DNA from: a virus
Length of the DNA stretch: 64,000 nucleotides
Direction: 5' to 3' (one strand)
Virus record (IMG/VR): IMGVR_UViG_3300037628_000643
Coordinates: 32,001-96,000 of that record
Shown: piece by piece, positions 9,687 through 21,100 of the stretch
How positions within the stretch are numbered: the stretch's first letter is position 1
Layout: every line of letters begins with the position of its first letter
Made by a program: the position numbers and the translations under genes
The notes under the pieces: model-generated
What the model was told of the DNA's origin: nothing
Database searches by the model: none
What the model saw: only the letters and a program-made list of their open reading frames with translations

Positions 9687-10217
9687 ATGGCAGTCACGGC
9701 AGATAATGTTCCATCAGCAACTGCGAACTCATACGCCAGCTTAGTTGACACAAAAGCTATCTGGGATAATGATCCGTATAAAAATGATTATACTGCTTTC
9801 CCAGATGATGATATTAGTCGTGCATTAATTTCGGCTACATCGCAACTTGACGGTGAGTATGGTCATAGATATAAAGGACTGCTATTTGATGATACCTTTG
9901 CGTTATTTTATCCAAGAACAAATATCGTTGACTCTCGTGGCGTATCAATAACTGACTTTACTATATTCCCACCAGAGGTTGCTTTAGCGGCATCTACTCA
10001 GGCTTGGTATATACTACAGTCTGATAGGGAGGCAGAGGTAAGCGTGTCAGGAACAAAAAAGCAAAAAATGGATGGTTTAGGGGAACTCGTCTTCTTCTCT
10101 CCTTCAGAGCAACAATCTGTCAAGGTAGCATTAATTCATAGTGAAACAAGAGCAATTATTAATCCATACGTTACTGGTGGAACAAGTCAATATGTAACTT
10201 TGGTAGGTAGAGGCTGA
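9687..10217 (+). CDS. head-tail adaptor (DnaT-like family)
   Basis: ANSYAS, ALISAT..LD, YKG, L.YPR motifs and terminal RG; position. Confidence 0.8.
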   Translation: MAVTADNVPSATANSYASLVDTKAIWDNDPYKNDYTAFPDDDISRALISATSQLDGEYGHRYKGLLFDDTFALFYPRTNIVDSRGVSITDFTIFPPEVALAASTQAWYILQSDREAEVSVSGTKKQKMDGLGELVFFSPSEQQSVKVALIHSETRAIINPYVTGGTSQYVTLVGRG

Positions 10218-10218
10218 T

Positions 10219-10599
10219 ATGGCTGGCGCAAATGAAATCTTTAATAATCTGTTTGATACTTTTCAGGCTACAGAATTCTTCCAAGATGCCATCTACCCGT
10301 TCTCGTGGACAGAATCCGTATCTGGTGGAATAAATAGGGATACAGGTGCACAAGTAATTACAGATACAATTTATTCGTCTGATGCTTTTTTATTGAACCC
10401 ATCAAAAAGTGAACGTCCAAGCCAGTCTATATTCAAAGATATTCAAGCAGGTGACGTTGTTGCTATGGTACAGACAAATGAGCTAATAAAGAAACCACCA
10501 ATAGACACTACTGTGACATTCAATGGCGAAGATCATGTATGCAAAGAAATCGTCAGCGACCCTGTCGGTGTATCTTGGAAGTTCTTACTTAGGAGATGA
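10219..10599 (+). CDS. head closure/stopper protein
   Basis: IQAGD, DPVGVSWKFLLRR C-terminus; synteny. Confidence 0.7.
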   Translation: MAGANEIFNNLFDTFQATEFFQDAIYPFSWTESVSGGINRDTGAQVITDTIYSSDAFLLNPSKSERPSQSIFKDIQAGDVVAMVQTNELIKKPPIDTTVTFNGEDHVCKEIVSDPVGVSWKFLLRR

Positions 10600-10600
10600 T

Positions 10601-11005
10601 ATGTTCAATATTGATGCAAGAGACTTATTGAATATCCCTGATGATATAATCAAAGAAATTGATCCTGCGATTCGCAAAGGTGCTATTATGGGTTCAAAAT
10701 CAGTGGTCGCTAATAGTCCCGTATTAACAGGCTTATTCAAGGGAAACTGGAATGTTTCTCTAAACGAAACTTTTGATGGATCATTCTCAACTGAAGATCC
10801 ATCAGGAAAATCAACACTTTCAAAAATGATTCAAAAAATAAATTCTTTCTCTATAAAGAAAGACAAGATGCTTTTTATACAAAATAATGTTTTAAATTCT
10901 GAAGAGCATGAATTTTATGCAGAGACAGTGGGCTACGACTTTAGCAAAAGCACTGCACTTAATATCGTAAAAAGCGCAGTCGTATCAGTGGATGCAATTA
11001 GATGA
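10601..11005 (+). CDS. neck/tail completion protein (HK97 gp10-like)
   Basis: SPVLTGLFKGNW motif; start moved to ATG 10601 (AGGAGA RBS). Confidence 0.75.
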   Translation: MFNIDARDLLNIPDDIIKEIDPAIRKGAIMGSKSVVANSPVLTGLFKGNWNVSLNETFDGSFSTEDPSGKSTLSKMIQKINSFSIKKDKMLFIQNNVLNSEEHEFYAETVGYDFSKSTALNIVKSAVVSVDAIR

Positions 11006-11499
11006 ATTCATTTAAAAAAGACCTTACAGCAATTTTCGTAGAGAATTTCAGTGAAGATATAATTGCTTATTTTGCTGATGGCTATCACAACGGGCCAACC
11101 GATTTCGGTAGTAGCTTTATTGATATGTCGGACTTCACCCCAACAACTCCAAATGAACAGCCTACGGAAGGCTCGTGGATGCGCATATCGATTGATGAAG
11201 GAGTGGTCGCCAATGACGCAATTACGAATGGGGTAATAAAAGCAAAGCGAATGATTGGATTCGTTCAGTTCGACCTACTTTGGCATGAAGATGTTTCAAG
11301 CAAAGTTATTGATGAAACAATAGAACCAGCGTTAGACCTGCTGTACCTAAATACAAGCTTTCGAGGTAGTGATGGAGATTCAGAAATATTTAATCAGCAG
11401 GATGTTCCCAAAGATACCATAATAACAAGGGCCACAGGTAATAATGTCTGGAGTAAAAAGGAGCTCATATACCCATTTGTTTTGAGATATCTAGCTTGA
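11002..11499 (+). CDS. tail terminator protein
   Basis: synteny, W.R.S and G.VQFD pattern. Confidence 0.55.
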   Translation: MNSFKKDLTAIFVENFSEDIIAYFADGYHNGPTDFGSSFIDMSDFTPTTPNEQPTEGSWMRISIDEGVVANDAITNGVIKAKRMIGFVQFDLLWHEDVSSKVIDETIEPALDLLYLNTSFRGSDGDSEIFNQQDVPKDTIITRATGNNVWSKKELIYPFVLRYLA

Positions 11500-11552
11500 C
11501 ATGAAATAGCTTTGTGGCATAATTAATTATTATTTATGATTAGGAGTCATTA

Positions 11553-12641
11553 ATGCCAAAAAAACTTTCACAAGATGAAGTTATTGAAAAATTCAAGGAA
11601 GCCCATGGAGATGGTACTTATGACTACTCTCTTGTGGAATATAAATCAAGTAAACTAAAGGTAAAAATAATATGCAAAAAACACAAAGGGGTTTTTGAGC
11701 AAGCTCCAGTGGCTCATTATAATGGGCACAGGTGTGTGGTATGCTATGGGACACTGCTAAAAAACACAGAGTCATTTGTAGTTTCAGCGAGAAAAGTTCA
11801 CGGTTATGAATTTGACTACGGCGAATCGAATTACAAGGGAAGTACCGAAAAAGTCATAATTACATGCAGCAAGGGACACAGGTTCAGTCAAACAGCGGCT
11901 GTGCACCTTTCTGGTAGTGGCTGCAAGGTATGTAACTTTGCTGGTAACTCACCTCCGATGATGACTCAGGAAGAATTTATCTCAAGATCTAAAAAAATAC
12001 ACAAAGGGAAGTATAATTACTCATCGGTAGTGTATCTTGGTTCAGCGTTAAACGTGGAAATACTATGTGATTGTGGGCATACATTTCACCAATCAGCAAC
12101 CAACCATTTACAGGGGGCAGGTTGCGTCAAATGTAGAGATAAAAAAACTAGCGAAACAAGCAGGTTGACACAAAAAGAGTTCATAGATAGGTGCACCAGT
12201 GTTCATGGGGATAAATATAAATACAACAAAACGAAATATAGACTATCTACAGAAAAGGTGACAATAACTTGTCGAGAGCATGGTGATTTCCGCCAAAATG
12301 CAAAAAACCATTATTCCAGCGGGGCAGGGTGTCCATCTTGTGCCAGCCATGGTTTTGATGGAAATAAAGACGGATACTTATACTTGATTCACTCTTTATG
12401 CGGTAAATATATGAAGATAGGAATTACAAGAGATATAGGTAGCAGACAAAAATCTATTACTAGAGACACTCCATTCGGAATTGTTCTTGTGGATAGCATA
12501 AAGATGGGCGGGTACGAAGCAATGGATCTAGAGAAAACATTACACAAGCTATTTACGCCAGCGGGCTTCTCTGGATTTGACGGGTACACAGAATGGTTTA
12601 AACGAGACCTTGATGATCTCAAGGCATTATTCGTGTTATAA
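11553..12641 (+). CDS. free-standing homing endonuclease (DUF723-like Zn repeats + GIY-YIG/T5orf172-like domain)
   Basis: four HG..Y.Y...I.C...F.Q....H..G.GC..C repeats; GYLYLI...MKIGIT...GYTEWF. Confidence 0.8.
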   Translation: MPKKLSQDEVIEKFKEAHGDGTYDYSLVEYKSSKLKVKIICKKHKGVFEQAPVAHYNGHRCVVCYGTLLKNTESFVVSARKVHGYEFDYGESNYKGSTEKVIITCSKGHRFSQTAAVHLSGSGCKVCNFAGNSPPMMTQEEFISRSKKIHKGKYNYSSVVYLGSALNVEILCDCGHTFHQSATNHLQGAGCVKCRDKKTSETSRLTQKEFIDRCTSVHGDKYKYNKTKYRLSTEKVTITCREHGDFRQNAKNHYSSGAGCPSCASHGFDGNKDGYLYLIHSLCGKYMKIGITRDIGSRQKSITRDTPFGIVLVDSIKMGGYEAMDLEKTLHKLFTPAGFSGFDGYTEWFKRDLDDLKALFVL

Positions 12642-12679
12642 TCACACGATACATTAATTTTTTTCAAAAGGTGACTTAA

Positions 12680-13867
12680 ATGGCAGGCTCTTCTATCCAA
12701 GGAAACTCGATTGTCCACGCTATGGTACTTCAAGCAAGTGCAGTTTCTGGGAGTCCTTTAACGCCTACGTTCGACATCCTTCCAAGGACGAGCGGTGACA
12801 TTGATATCGCCAAATCGTTCACTCAAAGTGAACTGGTAGATCCGACCAGACAGCCTTCGTTCAATGTGACCACAGGTTCTGAAATTGCAGGCTCCATCGA
12901 GAGTGAACTTGCGGTAGATACTCCCGTGCTTCAGACGATAGTGCAAGGCACCATGCAGAATACATACGTTACTGCTATATCATTCAATGGTTCGGCGACA
13001 TTTACCAACGGAACGTCAAGTATTCTTGCAATCGGAGCATTTACTAACGCAGTCGTTGGTCAGTTTATCGGCGTCTTTGGAACTGTAAGCAATGACGGGG
13101 TATTCAAAATTACTACGGTTACGGACAACGACAACGTGGTGGTGAGCGGAGCACCAACAGATGAAACAATCTCTTGTGATATAGTCTCAAAGGCAATCAG
13201 AAACTCCAATGTACAGCAAGGTTTAACGGTACAGAAACGAATTCCTACTGACTCTGGTATCATTTACAAGACTTTCGAAAACTGTCAAATAGGTACTTTA
13301 AATCTATCTATTACTACTGGCTCAATTGTTACTCTTAATTATGATCTTATCGGACTGGACAAAATCGCTGGCGATGCCATCGTCTCTGGCCAAACAGATA
13401 ATCCCCTTGATGCATCTCGTGTAGCTGGTTCTGTTAATGATGTTGTTGAGTTCTGGATTGATGGAATCGCACAAACCACTGATTCAGTTTGCTTTACAGA
13501 TTTTACGATTTCCGTCGACAATTCAGCTCAGTCAAATCCAGCGATTGGCAAGGAAGGTGCTTGTTCTATCAGTTTCTCGCAAGCAGTAGTAACCGGAACT
13601 TTAGTATCTTATGTAGACGGAACTGACACAACTACAGCAAATAGCGAAGTAGCAAAGCGTGATGCTGAAACACTCTTTAGTCTTGCAGTCGTAATGAAAG
13701 ATGTTGATGGAAACATTCTTGTTATCTCAATGCCTTCTATCCAGTACACTGAACTTACTCAGTCTGATACAGCCAACGGCGATGTGCTGAAAAACAACGG
13801 AACCTTCTCTGGAAACGGAAAAGCTTCTGGGTACGCAATCGAGTTTGACTTTATCGCTGCACCATAA
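12680..13867 (+). CDS. major tail tube protein
   Basis: 395 aa Thr/Ser rich, upstream of chaperone and tape measure, followed by terminator. Confidence 0.85.
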   Translation: MAGSSIQGNSIVHAMVLQASAVSGSPLTPTFDILPRTSGDIDIAKSFTQSELVDPTRQPSFNVTTGSEIAGSIESELAVDTPVLQTIVQGTMQNTYVTAISFNGSATFTNGTSSILAIGAFTNAVVGQFIGVFGTVSNDGVFKITTVTDNDNVVVSGAPTDETISCDIVSKAIRNSNVQQGLTVQKRIPTDSGIIYKTFENCQIGTLNLSITTGSIVTLNYDLIGLDKIAGDAIVSGQTDNPLDASRVAGSVNDVVEFWIDGIAQTTDSVCFTDFTISVDNSAQSNPAIGKEGACSISFSQAVVTGTLVSYVDGTDTTTANSEVAKRDAETLFSLAVVMKDVDGNILVISMPSIQYTELTQSDTANGDVLKNNGTFSGNGKASGYAIEFDFIAAP

Positions 13868-13889
13868 ACATAACTGTAGTATACTGCTT

Positions 13890-13917
13890 TGGCGTACATA
13901 TGTGCGCCATTTTTTTT
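13890..13917 (+). terminator. rho-independent terminator
   Basis: TGGCGTACA-ta-TGTGCGCCA plus T8. Confidence 0.8.
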
Positions 13918-13938
13918 ACCAAAACTAGGAGTTATAAT

Positions 13939-14277
13939 ATGAAAATTGCCATAACATCTCATACTGGTTTTTATGATGCACAAGATGAGCATGATTTCAC
14001 TGGCGAAGGGTTTGTTATTAAACCAATCGATAATACATCAGAGGAATGGGCTGAAGGCTGCATAACTGGAGTCTCTGAGTTAATGACCATATTATCTAGC
14101 GAACTAATGTTTATTGCAATTGACGATAACGAAATCGATGACTTCGTTGGGATTTCAGAAGAACTAGCAACAACTTTAACAGGGACTGCTTTTAGTGATA
14201 TAGAAATCATTGATTGCAGGAATAAAAATGCAAAAGAAACCGTTTCAATTTTACTTGCACAGGAAAAAACACAATGA
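13939..14277 (+). CDS. hypothetical protein
   Basis: acidic ORF, AGGAG RBS before ATG 13939, ATGA overlap with next gene. Confidence 0.65.
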   Translation: MKIAITSHTGFYDAQDEHDFTGEGFVIKPIDNTSEEWAEGCITGVSELMTILSSELMFIAIDDNEIDDFVGISEELATTLTGTAFSDIEIIDCRNKNAKETVSILLAQEKTQ

Positions 14278-14645
14278 AGAAAAAGTTAAAAATCGGCTTT
14301 AAAGATCGGAGTCCAAAAGAAGTAATAATCGATAAAGTTACTTTCATGGTCAAGCCAATGGCTCAAGAAACCATGACAGGACTGGCTCTTTATAGTCAAG
14401 GCATCAAAGACACTCTATTGTCATTAGGTATGAAAAAAGAGTTCGTAAAGACTCATATTACCGGATGGTCTGACCTTTACGATGAAGACGGAGACGAGGT
14501 TGAGTACACACAGGAGCTTGCTGTAGAATATCTAACAGACGATGATTATGACGATCTTCTTATGATGCTTTACTGGAAATCAATCGAGTCTGCAAACATT
14601 GATGCAGAGGAAAAAGAGAAAAATAAAGACAAAGCAAAAAAGTAA
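14274..14645 (+). CDS. tail assembly chaperone (gpG-like)
   Basis: ITGWSDL.DEDG.EVEY motif; ends in slippery A AAA AAG. Confidence 0.85.
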   Translation: MKKKLKIGFKDRSPKEVIIDKVTFMVKPMAQETMTGLALYSQGIKDTLLSLGMKKEFVKTHITGWSDLYDEDGDEVEYTQELAVEYLTDDDYDDLLMMLYWKSIESANIDAEEKEKNKDKAKK

Positions 14646-14956
14646 TTTCCCAGCAGCTTTTTGAGGCAAATGTGAAACCGCATGAGCTTGCAATGCTAAA
14701 GTCTCGCGGAATGATAAAAGCCCCAGAAAGTAATGATGATGTTGACGAAGCTATAAGATGGTATTACTCAACAATCTCTGCCAGAGGCCACGATTATGCT
14801 GCTGGGCTTATTATGAAGCTAACATGGGATCATGTAAAATCTCTGGTTGGATATGAACCTACATTCCTGTCAACAAGAGATTTGGCTTTTTATTGCTTTG
14901 TACTTGATTCTGTATACCTAGAATTCTTGGTTGAGAACAAAGAGAAGCCTAAATGA
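14642..14956 (+). CDS. gpT-like extension reached by -1 frameshift
   Basis: -1 frame open from GTA at 14642 through GTG 14672 to TGA 14956. Confidence 0.8.
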   Translation, partial: VISQQLFEANVKPHELAMLKSRGMIKAPESNDDVDEAIRWYYSTISARGHDYAAGLIMKLTWDHVKSLVGYEPTFLSTRDLAFYCFVLDSVYLEFLVENKEKPK

Positions 14957-14991
14957 TATAATAGGAATACCATTAACTGTGAGCATCTATA

Positions 14992-17688
14992 ATGTCTATC
15001 GAAAGAAAAATAAAAATAACTTTAGATGCCTCATCCGCTAAAGCGAGTATTGACGAGCTCGCAAAAAAGCTAAATACACTGACAGGATCAACTGGAAACT
15101 TAACTTCTGCTCAAAGAAGGCAAGCTAGATCTCAAACTAATTTAAATAAAAAAATAGTTGACACCAATAGATCTTTAAATGCCATGAATGGCCTATTAAG
15201 GAAAGTTGCTACTGCAGCTACAATTTTTACTGGCATACGTTTAGCTGACGACTTTAACGAGTTACAAAACAGATTAAGAATCACGCTGCAAGAAGGTGAG
15301 AAATTAGTCGATGTCCAAGAATCAATCATTGATGTATCGCTGAGAACAAGATCTGCACTTGCAGAAAATGCTCTGTTATATTTGCGATTATCTAACTCTG
15401 TTGACAGAACTGTAACGTCTCAAGCAGAGTTACTTAAGATAACTGAAACAGTTAACAAAGCCGTACAATTGGGTGGATCATCTGCGCAAGAAGCAGCTGG
15501 TGCTGTTCGACAGTTTACCCAAATTATCTCAGCTGGATTTTCTAGTGGATTCTCTCAAGAAATTAACTCCATATCTGAGCAGACTCCAGGCTTATTCAAA
15601 TTAATAGAAAATGGATTAAGAGAGACATCTAAAGAATTTAGAGAGCTTGAAGAGTCTGGGCTTGGCGCTGTTAAAATATTGAAAACATTCTCGGAGGAAG
15701 GTATCGGTGACCTAGATACATTGCTTGAAGCCATCAACTCTCAATTTGAAGTAACTAATGAAGAGTTCAAAAAGATTGATGTAACAGTATCAAAAGCTTT
15801 AGGAAACCTGAAGACAGGAATAGAAGCTTACATTGGTAGAGCTGATGACGCATTAAACATAACACCAAAGCTGGCTCAAAAAATAAACGATCTAGCCATA
15901 AATTTTGACGATTTTGCATTCGAAGTAACGGTATTGACCGCAGCCATGGGAGCAGCACTTGCGGCAACAATATTAATCACTGCAGCAATGGGAGCATTTA
16001 ATGCCGTATTGCTTGTTACGAAAAGAAACCTAGTTGGCGTATCCAAGATAGGATTATTATTCGTTAAGTTTGTTCGCATACTAACGCCTATCGGTGTTGC
16101 TTTCACCGTTATATCGTTAGCTGTTGTAGCATTAATAAAAGACATTGGTGTATTTGAAGATGGACTTATAACTGTTGGTGATAAATTCACCGATATAAGT
16201 GGTTTGGCAAAAGCCATATTCAAAACAATTGGAGATAGATTCAAGAATTTTGCATCAAATATAATTGGAACACTATCAGCCGTAGCCAACAACATAAGAA
16301 TGCTATTGACTGGCTTTTATGAGCGGTGGTTTAAAAGAGATGTTGATTTAGTAATCGATGCATTCAATTTCCTTGGAAATAAAGTATCAGAGATATTCGG
16401 GTTTATATTGGACATAATTCCTTTTAAGGCTATGGCAGAAGCTGCCAGAGATAACATTAATACCGTAATAGGTTTTTTTGTATTGCTGGGACGATCAGTA
16501 AGTATCGTCTTTGAAGGATTAAAGCAAGGATTTAAAGATATATTCAACAATGGAATAAACCTAATAAAAGCATTGGGCCCAGCGCTTATTGCCGCAGGGA
16601 AGCTGAACTTTAAAGAAGCAGGAGAAATCTTGTCTACAGCATTTGCTGATAGTTTTTCTGGAAGTCTAATAGGTGATTTCGAAACGCTATTCTCCGAGGC
16701 AAAAGGTATTTTAGGTGACACTGATTTTCTTGGTGAAATAATATCTCAAAGTGAAGTGTCTGTAGAAAAGTTTAAGCAATTTGTTTCTGCGATACCAGAG
16801 GCTGTAAGAGATAGCTTTGAAAGCTCTTTAGATTTCATAACCTTCGCATGGACTGAATTTAAAGAAGATGTAGAAAAAAATATAGACTCTCTGAATAAAA
16901 AAATAACAGGGACGCCTTTAAGTTTAGAGCTTGAAATTGATCCAGAGAAAATAAATCTTTTTGAACAAATTGAACTGAGACTACAACTTCTTGGCGAAAA
17001 CCTAGCATTCCTTGGCAAGAACATAGTGAAAAATTTAGGCAGCTTATTTTCAAAAGAATCTGCTGTTACTGCATTCGGAGGTTTCGCTGACGCGATTGAA
17101 GATATATTTAGTAAGATTGGTAAGTCATTAAACCTTGAATCTATAAAAGATAATTTTGCAGAAATAAGAGATGCTATGGCAGAATCAATCATATCTTTTA
17201 CAGATCTTTTTTCCACGCTATCCAGTATCAGGCAAGACAAGCTTGATGAAGAACTAAGGACATCTGTCAATTTGTCAGACGAGGAAAGAGCTGCTAAAGA
17301 AAAGAATGCCAAGGCATCTTTTGATAACAGCAAGAGACTGACGCTAGCTGGAATAGCATTACAAACTGGCTTAGCGATAATGAATGCTTTAGCCCAGACA
17401 ACACCGAATTTTTTAATCAATCTAGCAAACGCAGCTGGTGCAGCAGCTATGGGCGCAGCTCAATATGCAAAAGCTAATGCACAGCAATATAAAGCTCCAA
17501 GTGCTCCATCGGGCGGAGGAATTAGTGCTGGATCTTCAAGCATATCCAACAACACTCAGAACGTTACTACCACAGTAAACATCACTGGCGGCGTAGGATT
17601 TTCTATAGAAGACCTGCAAAAGATTTTTGATGACGATGTTGTTATAATAAATAAAGACTCAGCGCAAGGTAGGCAGCTCCGTGGCTAA
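14992..17688 (+). CDS. tape measure protein
   Basis: 898 aa helical; LQNRL...LYLRL...GGSSAQEAAGAVRQF..EINSISEQTP tape-measure N domain. Confidence 0.95.
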   Translation: MSIERKIKITLDASSAKASIDELAKKLNTLTGSTGNLTSAQRRQARSQTNLNKKIVDTNRSLNAMNGLLRKVATAATIFTGIRLADDFNELQNRLRITLQEGEKLVDVQESIIDVSLRTRSALAENALLYLRLSNSVDRTVTSQAELLKITETVNKAVQLGGSSAQEAAGAVRQFTQIISAGFSSGFSQEINSISEQTPGLFKLIENGLRETSKEFRELEESGLGAVKILKTFSEEGIGDLDTLLEAINSQFEVTNEEFKKIDVTVSKALGNLKTGIEAYIGRADDALNITPKLAQKINDLAINFDDFAFEVTVLTAAMGAALAATILITAAMGAFNAVLLVTKRNLVGVSKIGLLFVKFVRILTPIGVAFTVISLAVVALIKDIGVFEDGLITVGDKFTDISGLAKAIFKTIGDRFKNFASNIIGTLSAVANNIRMLLTGFYERWFKRDVDLVIDAFNFLGNKVSEIFGFILDIIPFKAMAEAARDNINTVIGFFVLLGRSVSIVFEGLKQGFKDIFNNGINLIKALGPALIAAGKLNFKEAGEILSTAFADSFSGSLIGDFETLFSEAKGILGDTDFLGEIISQSEVSVEKFKQFVSAIPEAVRDSFESSLDFITFAWTEFKEDVEKNIDSLNKKITGTPLSLELEIDPEKINLFEQIELRLQLLGENLAFLGKNIVKNLGSLFSKESAVTAFGGFADAIEDIFSKIGKSLNLESIKDNFAEIRDAMAESIISFTDLFSTLSSIRQDKLDEELRTSVNLSDEERAAKEKNAKASFDNSKRLTLAGIALQTGLAIMNALAQTTPNFLINLANAAGAAAMGAAQYAKANAQQYKAPSAPSGGGISAGSSSISNNTQNVTTTVNITGGVGFSIEDLQKIFDDDVVIINKDSAQGRQLRG

Positions 17689-18118
17689 TGCAAGAATAGA
17701 ATTTTTACCAAAAAGAAACCTTATTTCTCCAGCCCCTGACTTGGAGACCTTATATCCTATAGATGTTACACTAGCTACATATGGTCATGGAATAGACATT
17801 AATGTAAAAGAATCAAAAACCTTGAGTGGTATTGTGTCAAAGTCTCTTTACAGTATTAATGAGACAACCACTTATGAGATCATTCCTATAGCTGGAGAAG
17901 CAACTACCGAAGAAATTCAGATGTTTCTATACTCTGTTGTCGCTGGTGAGGAATTTACAGCTACAGATATTGATGATCCAGCATTTGATATTGATGATCT
18001 GGCAAACAGCCCTACACTAACATTACAACTAACAGACAGATGGTCAAGAGACAGGAGAAGTAAAGTGGAAGTTGGTCAGTTTATTTATAGCTTTAATGGT
18101 CGAGAGGTTAATGCGTAG
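17681..18118 (+). CDS. distal tail-like protein
   Basis: 145 aa between tape measure and tail tip. Confidence 0.55.
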   Translation: MANARIEFLPKRNLISPAPDLETLYPIDVTLATYGHGIDINVKESKTLSGIVSKSLYSINETTTYEIIPIAGEATTEEIQMFLYSVVAGEEFTATDIDDPAFDIDDLANSPTLTLQLTDRWSRDRRSKVEVGQFIYSFNGREVNA

Positions 18119-21100
18119 TGAGACAGCTTTCTGATGCGTACAGACAGGCTAACACCGCTTATTCACGCGAGCCTAGGTTTTATGCAAAAATACTAAATGA
18201 CACCAAAACAATATACATTACATCGCATAGTGACATAACTATTGTTGATGTTGGTTCAGAAATATTTAGTGGTGTATTAACATCGTCTGTCGGTAATTCA
18301 CAAAAAATAACTCCTGAACGCGGATACTCTACTATTGGCGGAGCATCTTTATCACTTAAGGATCTTGGTTTTACAGAACTGTTGCGCGATCTTAAAGATA
18401 ACTTTAATGATACGCTGAACAATAACAAGGTAGAACTGTACACTGGGTTCAAGGATTTAGACACTGCAGACTATACACTGATCATTCCAATGTACGTCAC
18501 TGGCATTGACAACAATGAACTTGACTACATCTTAAAATTAAGCGACACACAAAGATTTGTAAAAAAATCAATATTCAAGAACTTAGCATTAACAAAAGTC
18601 GTAACATCTCTCGGTTATGATACAGGTTCTATAGAGGTTGTATCTTCTGATGAATTTAATCGGGTAGAGCATGACTCAGGATGGACTGATGCCCCAAGCG
18701 CTACTGTTGGCTATTTTTCTATCAGCGGAACGAATGAATACGGCGAAGACATAGAAGAGATAGCAAGATGGACTTCTGCTCCTGACTCTACACACTTTAT
18801 TGTTGACGCAAGAGGGCTTTTTGGCACAAGACCTGTTGACATAGTAGGATCTATTGATGAGGGCAGTAGTGAGTTAAAAGAGCTTGTTTACCTTGATTTA
18901 CCTGTACCTAAAATGATACTTGCTTTAATGACTGGAGACCTGCTTAATCAGGTTGGAGCTACACTACCAGATAGTTGGCATGCAGCTGTAGAGGCGTCAC
19001 TAATAAGTTTATCTTCATTTGTAAATATAGGCGATGACCTTTCGAACTTTAATCTCCAATTCATTGGTGAATCTGATCAAGAGGCAAAAGGGTTTATAGC
19101 TAACCAATGCATGGCGCCAATGAATTTGTTTACATTCATCAATCAAAACGGTGAGCTTAATTTAAAGCGTTTTTCTGCGCAATCATTAGTATCTCCAGGA
19201 AACTTAATATTAGATTACGATAAATTAACAGCCATATCTCCAATCGAAAGAGACGCTAAATCGATAAGAAACATATTTTCTATAAACTGGGAGTGGCAGT
19301 TTAGCGGAGAATATTTCGCTAGAAGAGATATTTATATTGATGGAGATAGCATAGCCAGAAACAATCAGACATCTGTTGATTATCAGCTGGACTTGCGCGG
19401 CATAAGAAATTCTGGAAGAGAAGCAAAAACATCACTAGATAGTTTGGCAGAAGGAATTCGAGCCAGATTCAGCGAGCCAAGAGTTATCCCTACTGCATCA
19501 TGCTTAATCAGGGATACTATTGAGCTTGAGGTTGGAGACGTTGTTCTTCTTGACCTTCCAAATCAACCTGACTTCGCGTCTCCAGATACGCTATTCTCTT
19601 CATTTGAAGTGCAAGGGATAACATGGGATTTTCTAGCTGGAACATCTGTATTAAGTTTATTCGGATCTAGCGGTTCTGCTACACCAATAGGCTTGACTTC
19701 TGGAGAAGACATACCACTTCTTACTCATGATGGTTCATGGACTGATATAACCGGAGTTTTGACGGGAACAGACTCTGGAGGAACATTTACCGTAACTGCA
19801 AATGGAAACCTTCCTAGTGGAAAGTATTTCTATGATGGCAATATAGTTATTAATACTGGAATAACCGTTACGTTTAATGGCTCTACATGGATAGATTGTT
19901 TGGATTTCAGTATTATCGGCACAGGGAAAATGGACGGCGCTGGTCGATCAGGTGTTCTTACGGCTGGGTTTTTTGGCGGAAATGATTCAGCACAAGAAGG
20001 CATGAAAAGAACTTTTGATGGCTCACTTTTTCCAGACTCGTACTATGTGAGACAAACACCTGGAAAAAATTCAGATAAAATAGCTGCATCTAATACAGTA
20101 GTACCGAGTGGTACTCTAGCGACAATTGACGAAGCAAATAACTTAACCGGAATAGATTTCTCGGCTGCGCTGTACGGCAATGCTGGAGGGACAGGAGGCA
20201 CGCTTGTATTCAGATCTCAAGTGCTTGATAGCGAAGATGATCATCTCGGCGGTGACAAGGTTTCTGGAGGTGCAGGTCTGGGTCTTATCTGTACAAATTT
20301 ATTCGCTACCAATAAATCAATAATAACGAATGGAAGCGACAATGACTTTACAGTAGGTAATGCAACTGCCGCTGGAGGAGGTAGCGGTGACTTCTATGCA
20401 GGAGCCGGTGGATTCGGTTGGCCTGGGGCTGTATTATGCTATCTAAAAGATAGAACCTCAGTTGTTCCGTCTATAAGAAATATCGTTGAAGCACGAACAG
20501 GCTCATGGGATGAAGCCGATGGATTCACTGTGGGATTTAGGCCGAAAACTAATGGGGCAAGAACAAGACAAAACAGATCCTCTGGCGACAAAATTGCACC
20601 TATATTCCCTAGCCAAGCTGCACTAGCTGATAATGATTTCTCATCAGATGCATCAATTGTTTATCGAATAGCAAAAGCATCTGATCATGTTCCAGTCCCA
20701 GGTACGGACATAACACCAACGGCAAAACTTCCTACATTATCGACTATAGAAGAAGTTAACTTACCAAAGACACCACTTGGAAATCAAACAACAGTAACTA
20801 TAACGGCAGTCGCAGCAATTGGAGATGATGCATATTCATATACACAATTCGCCTATAGATTAAAAGGGCAGCTACAGTGGGTTCCTATTTCTTATGGTAT
20901 CAGAAATGAGTCTACCGTAACTGTTGTCGCTGACGGTTCAACCTATGAATTTAGTGGTCAACCTGTAAATAATCAAGGGGTAGCATCCACTGGTCGATCA
21001 ATTATTGAGCATACAGTAAAATTAGTATCGAAAGATTCTGATGTCGGTGATGCTACGCCATCAATACCTCCAATACAACGCCTAGAGCTGGTTAATAGTG

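Noticed and set aside
15132-17420. Long minus-strand ORFs (up to 224 aa) opposite tape measure
   Set aside because: Antisense shadows of a codon-biased gene; no RBS or motifs
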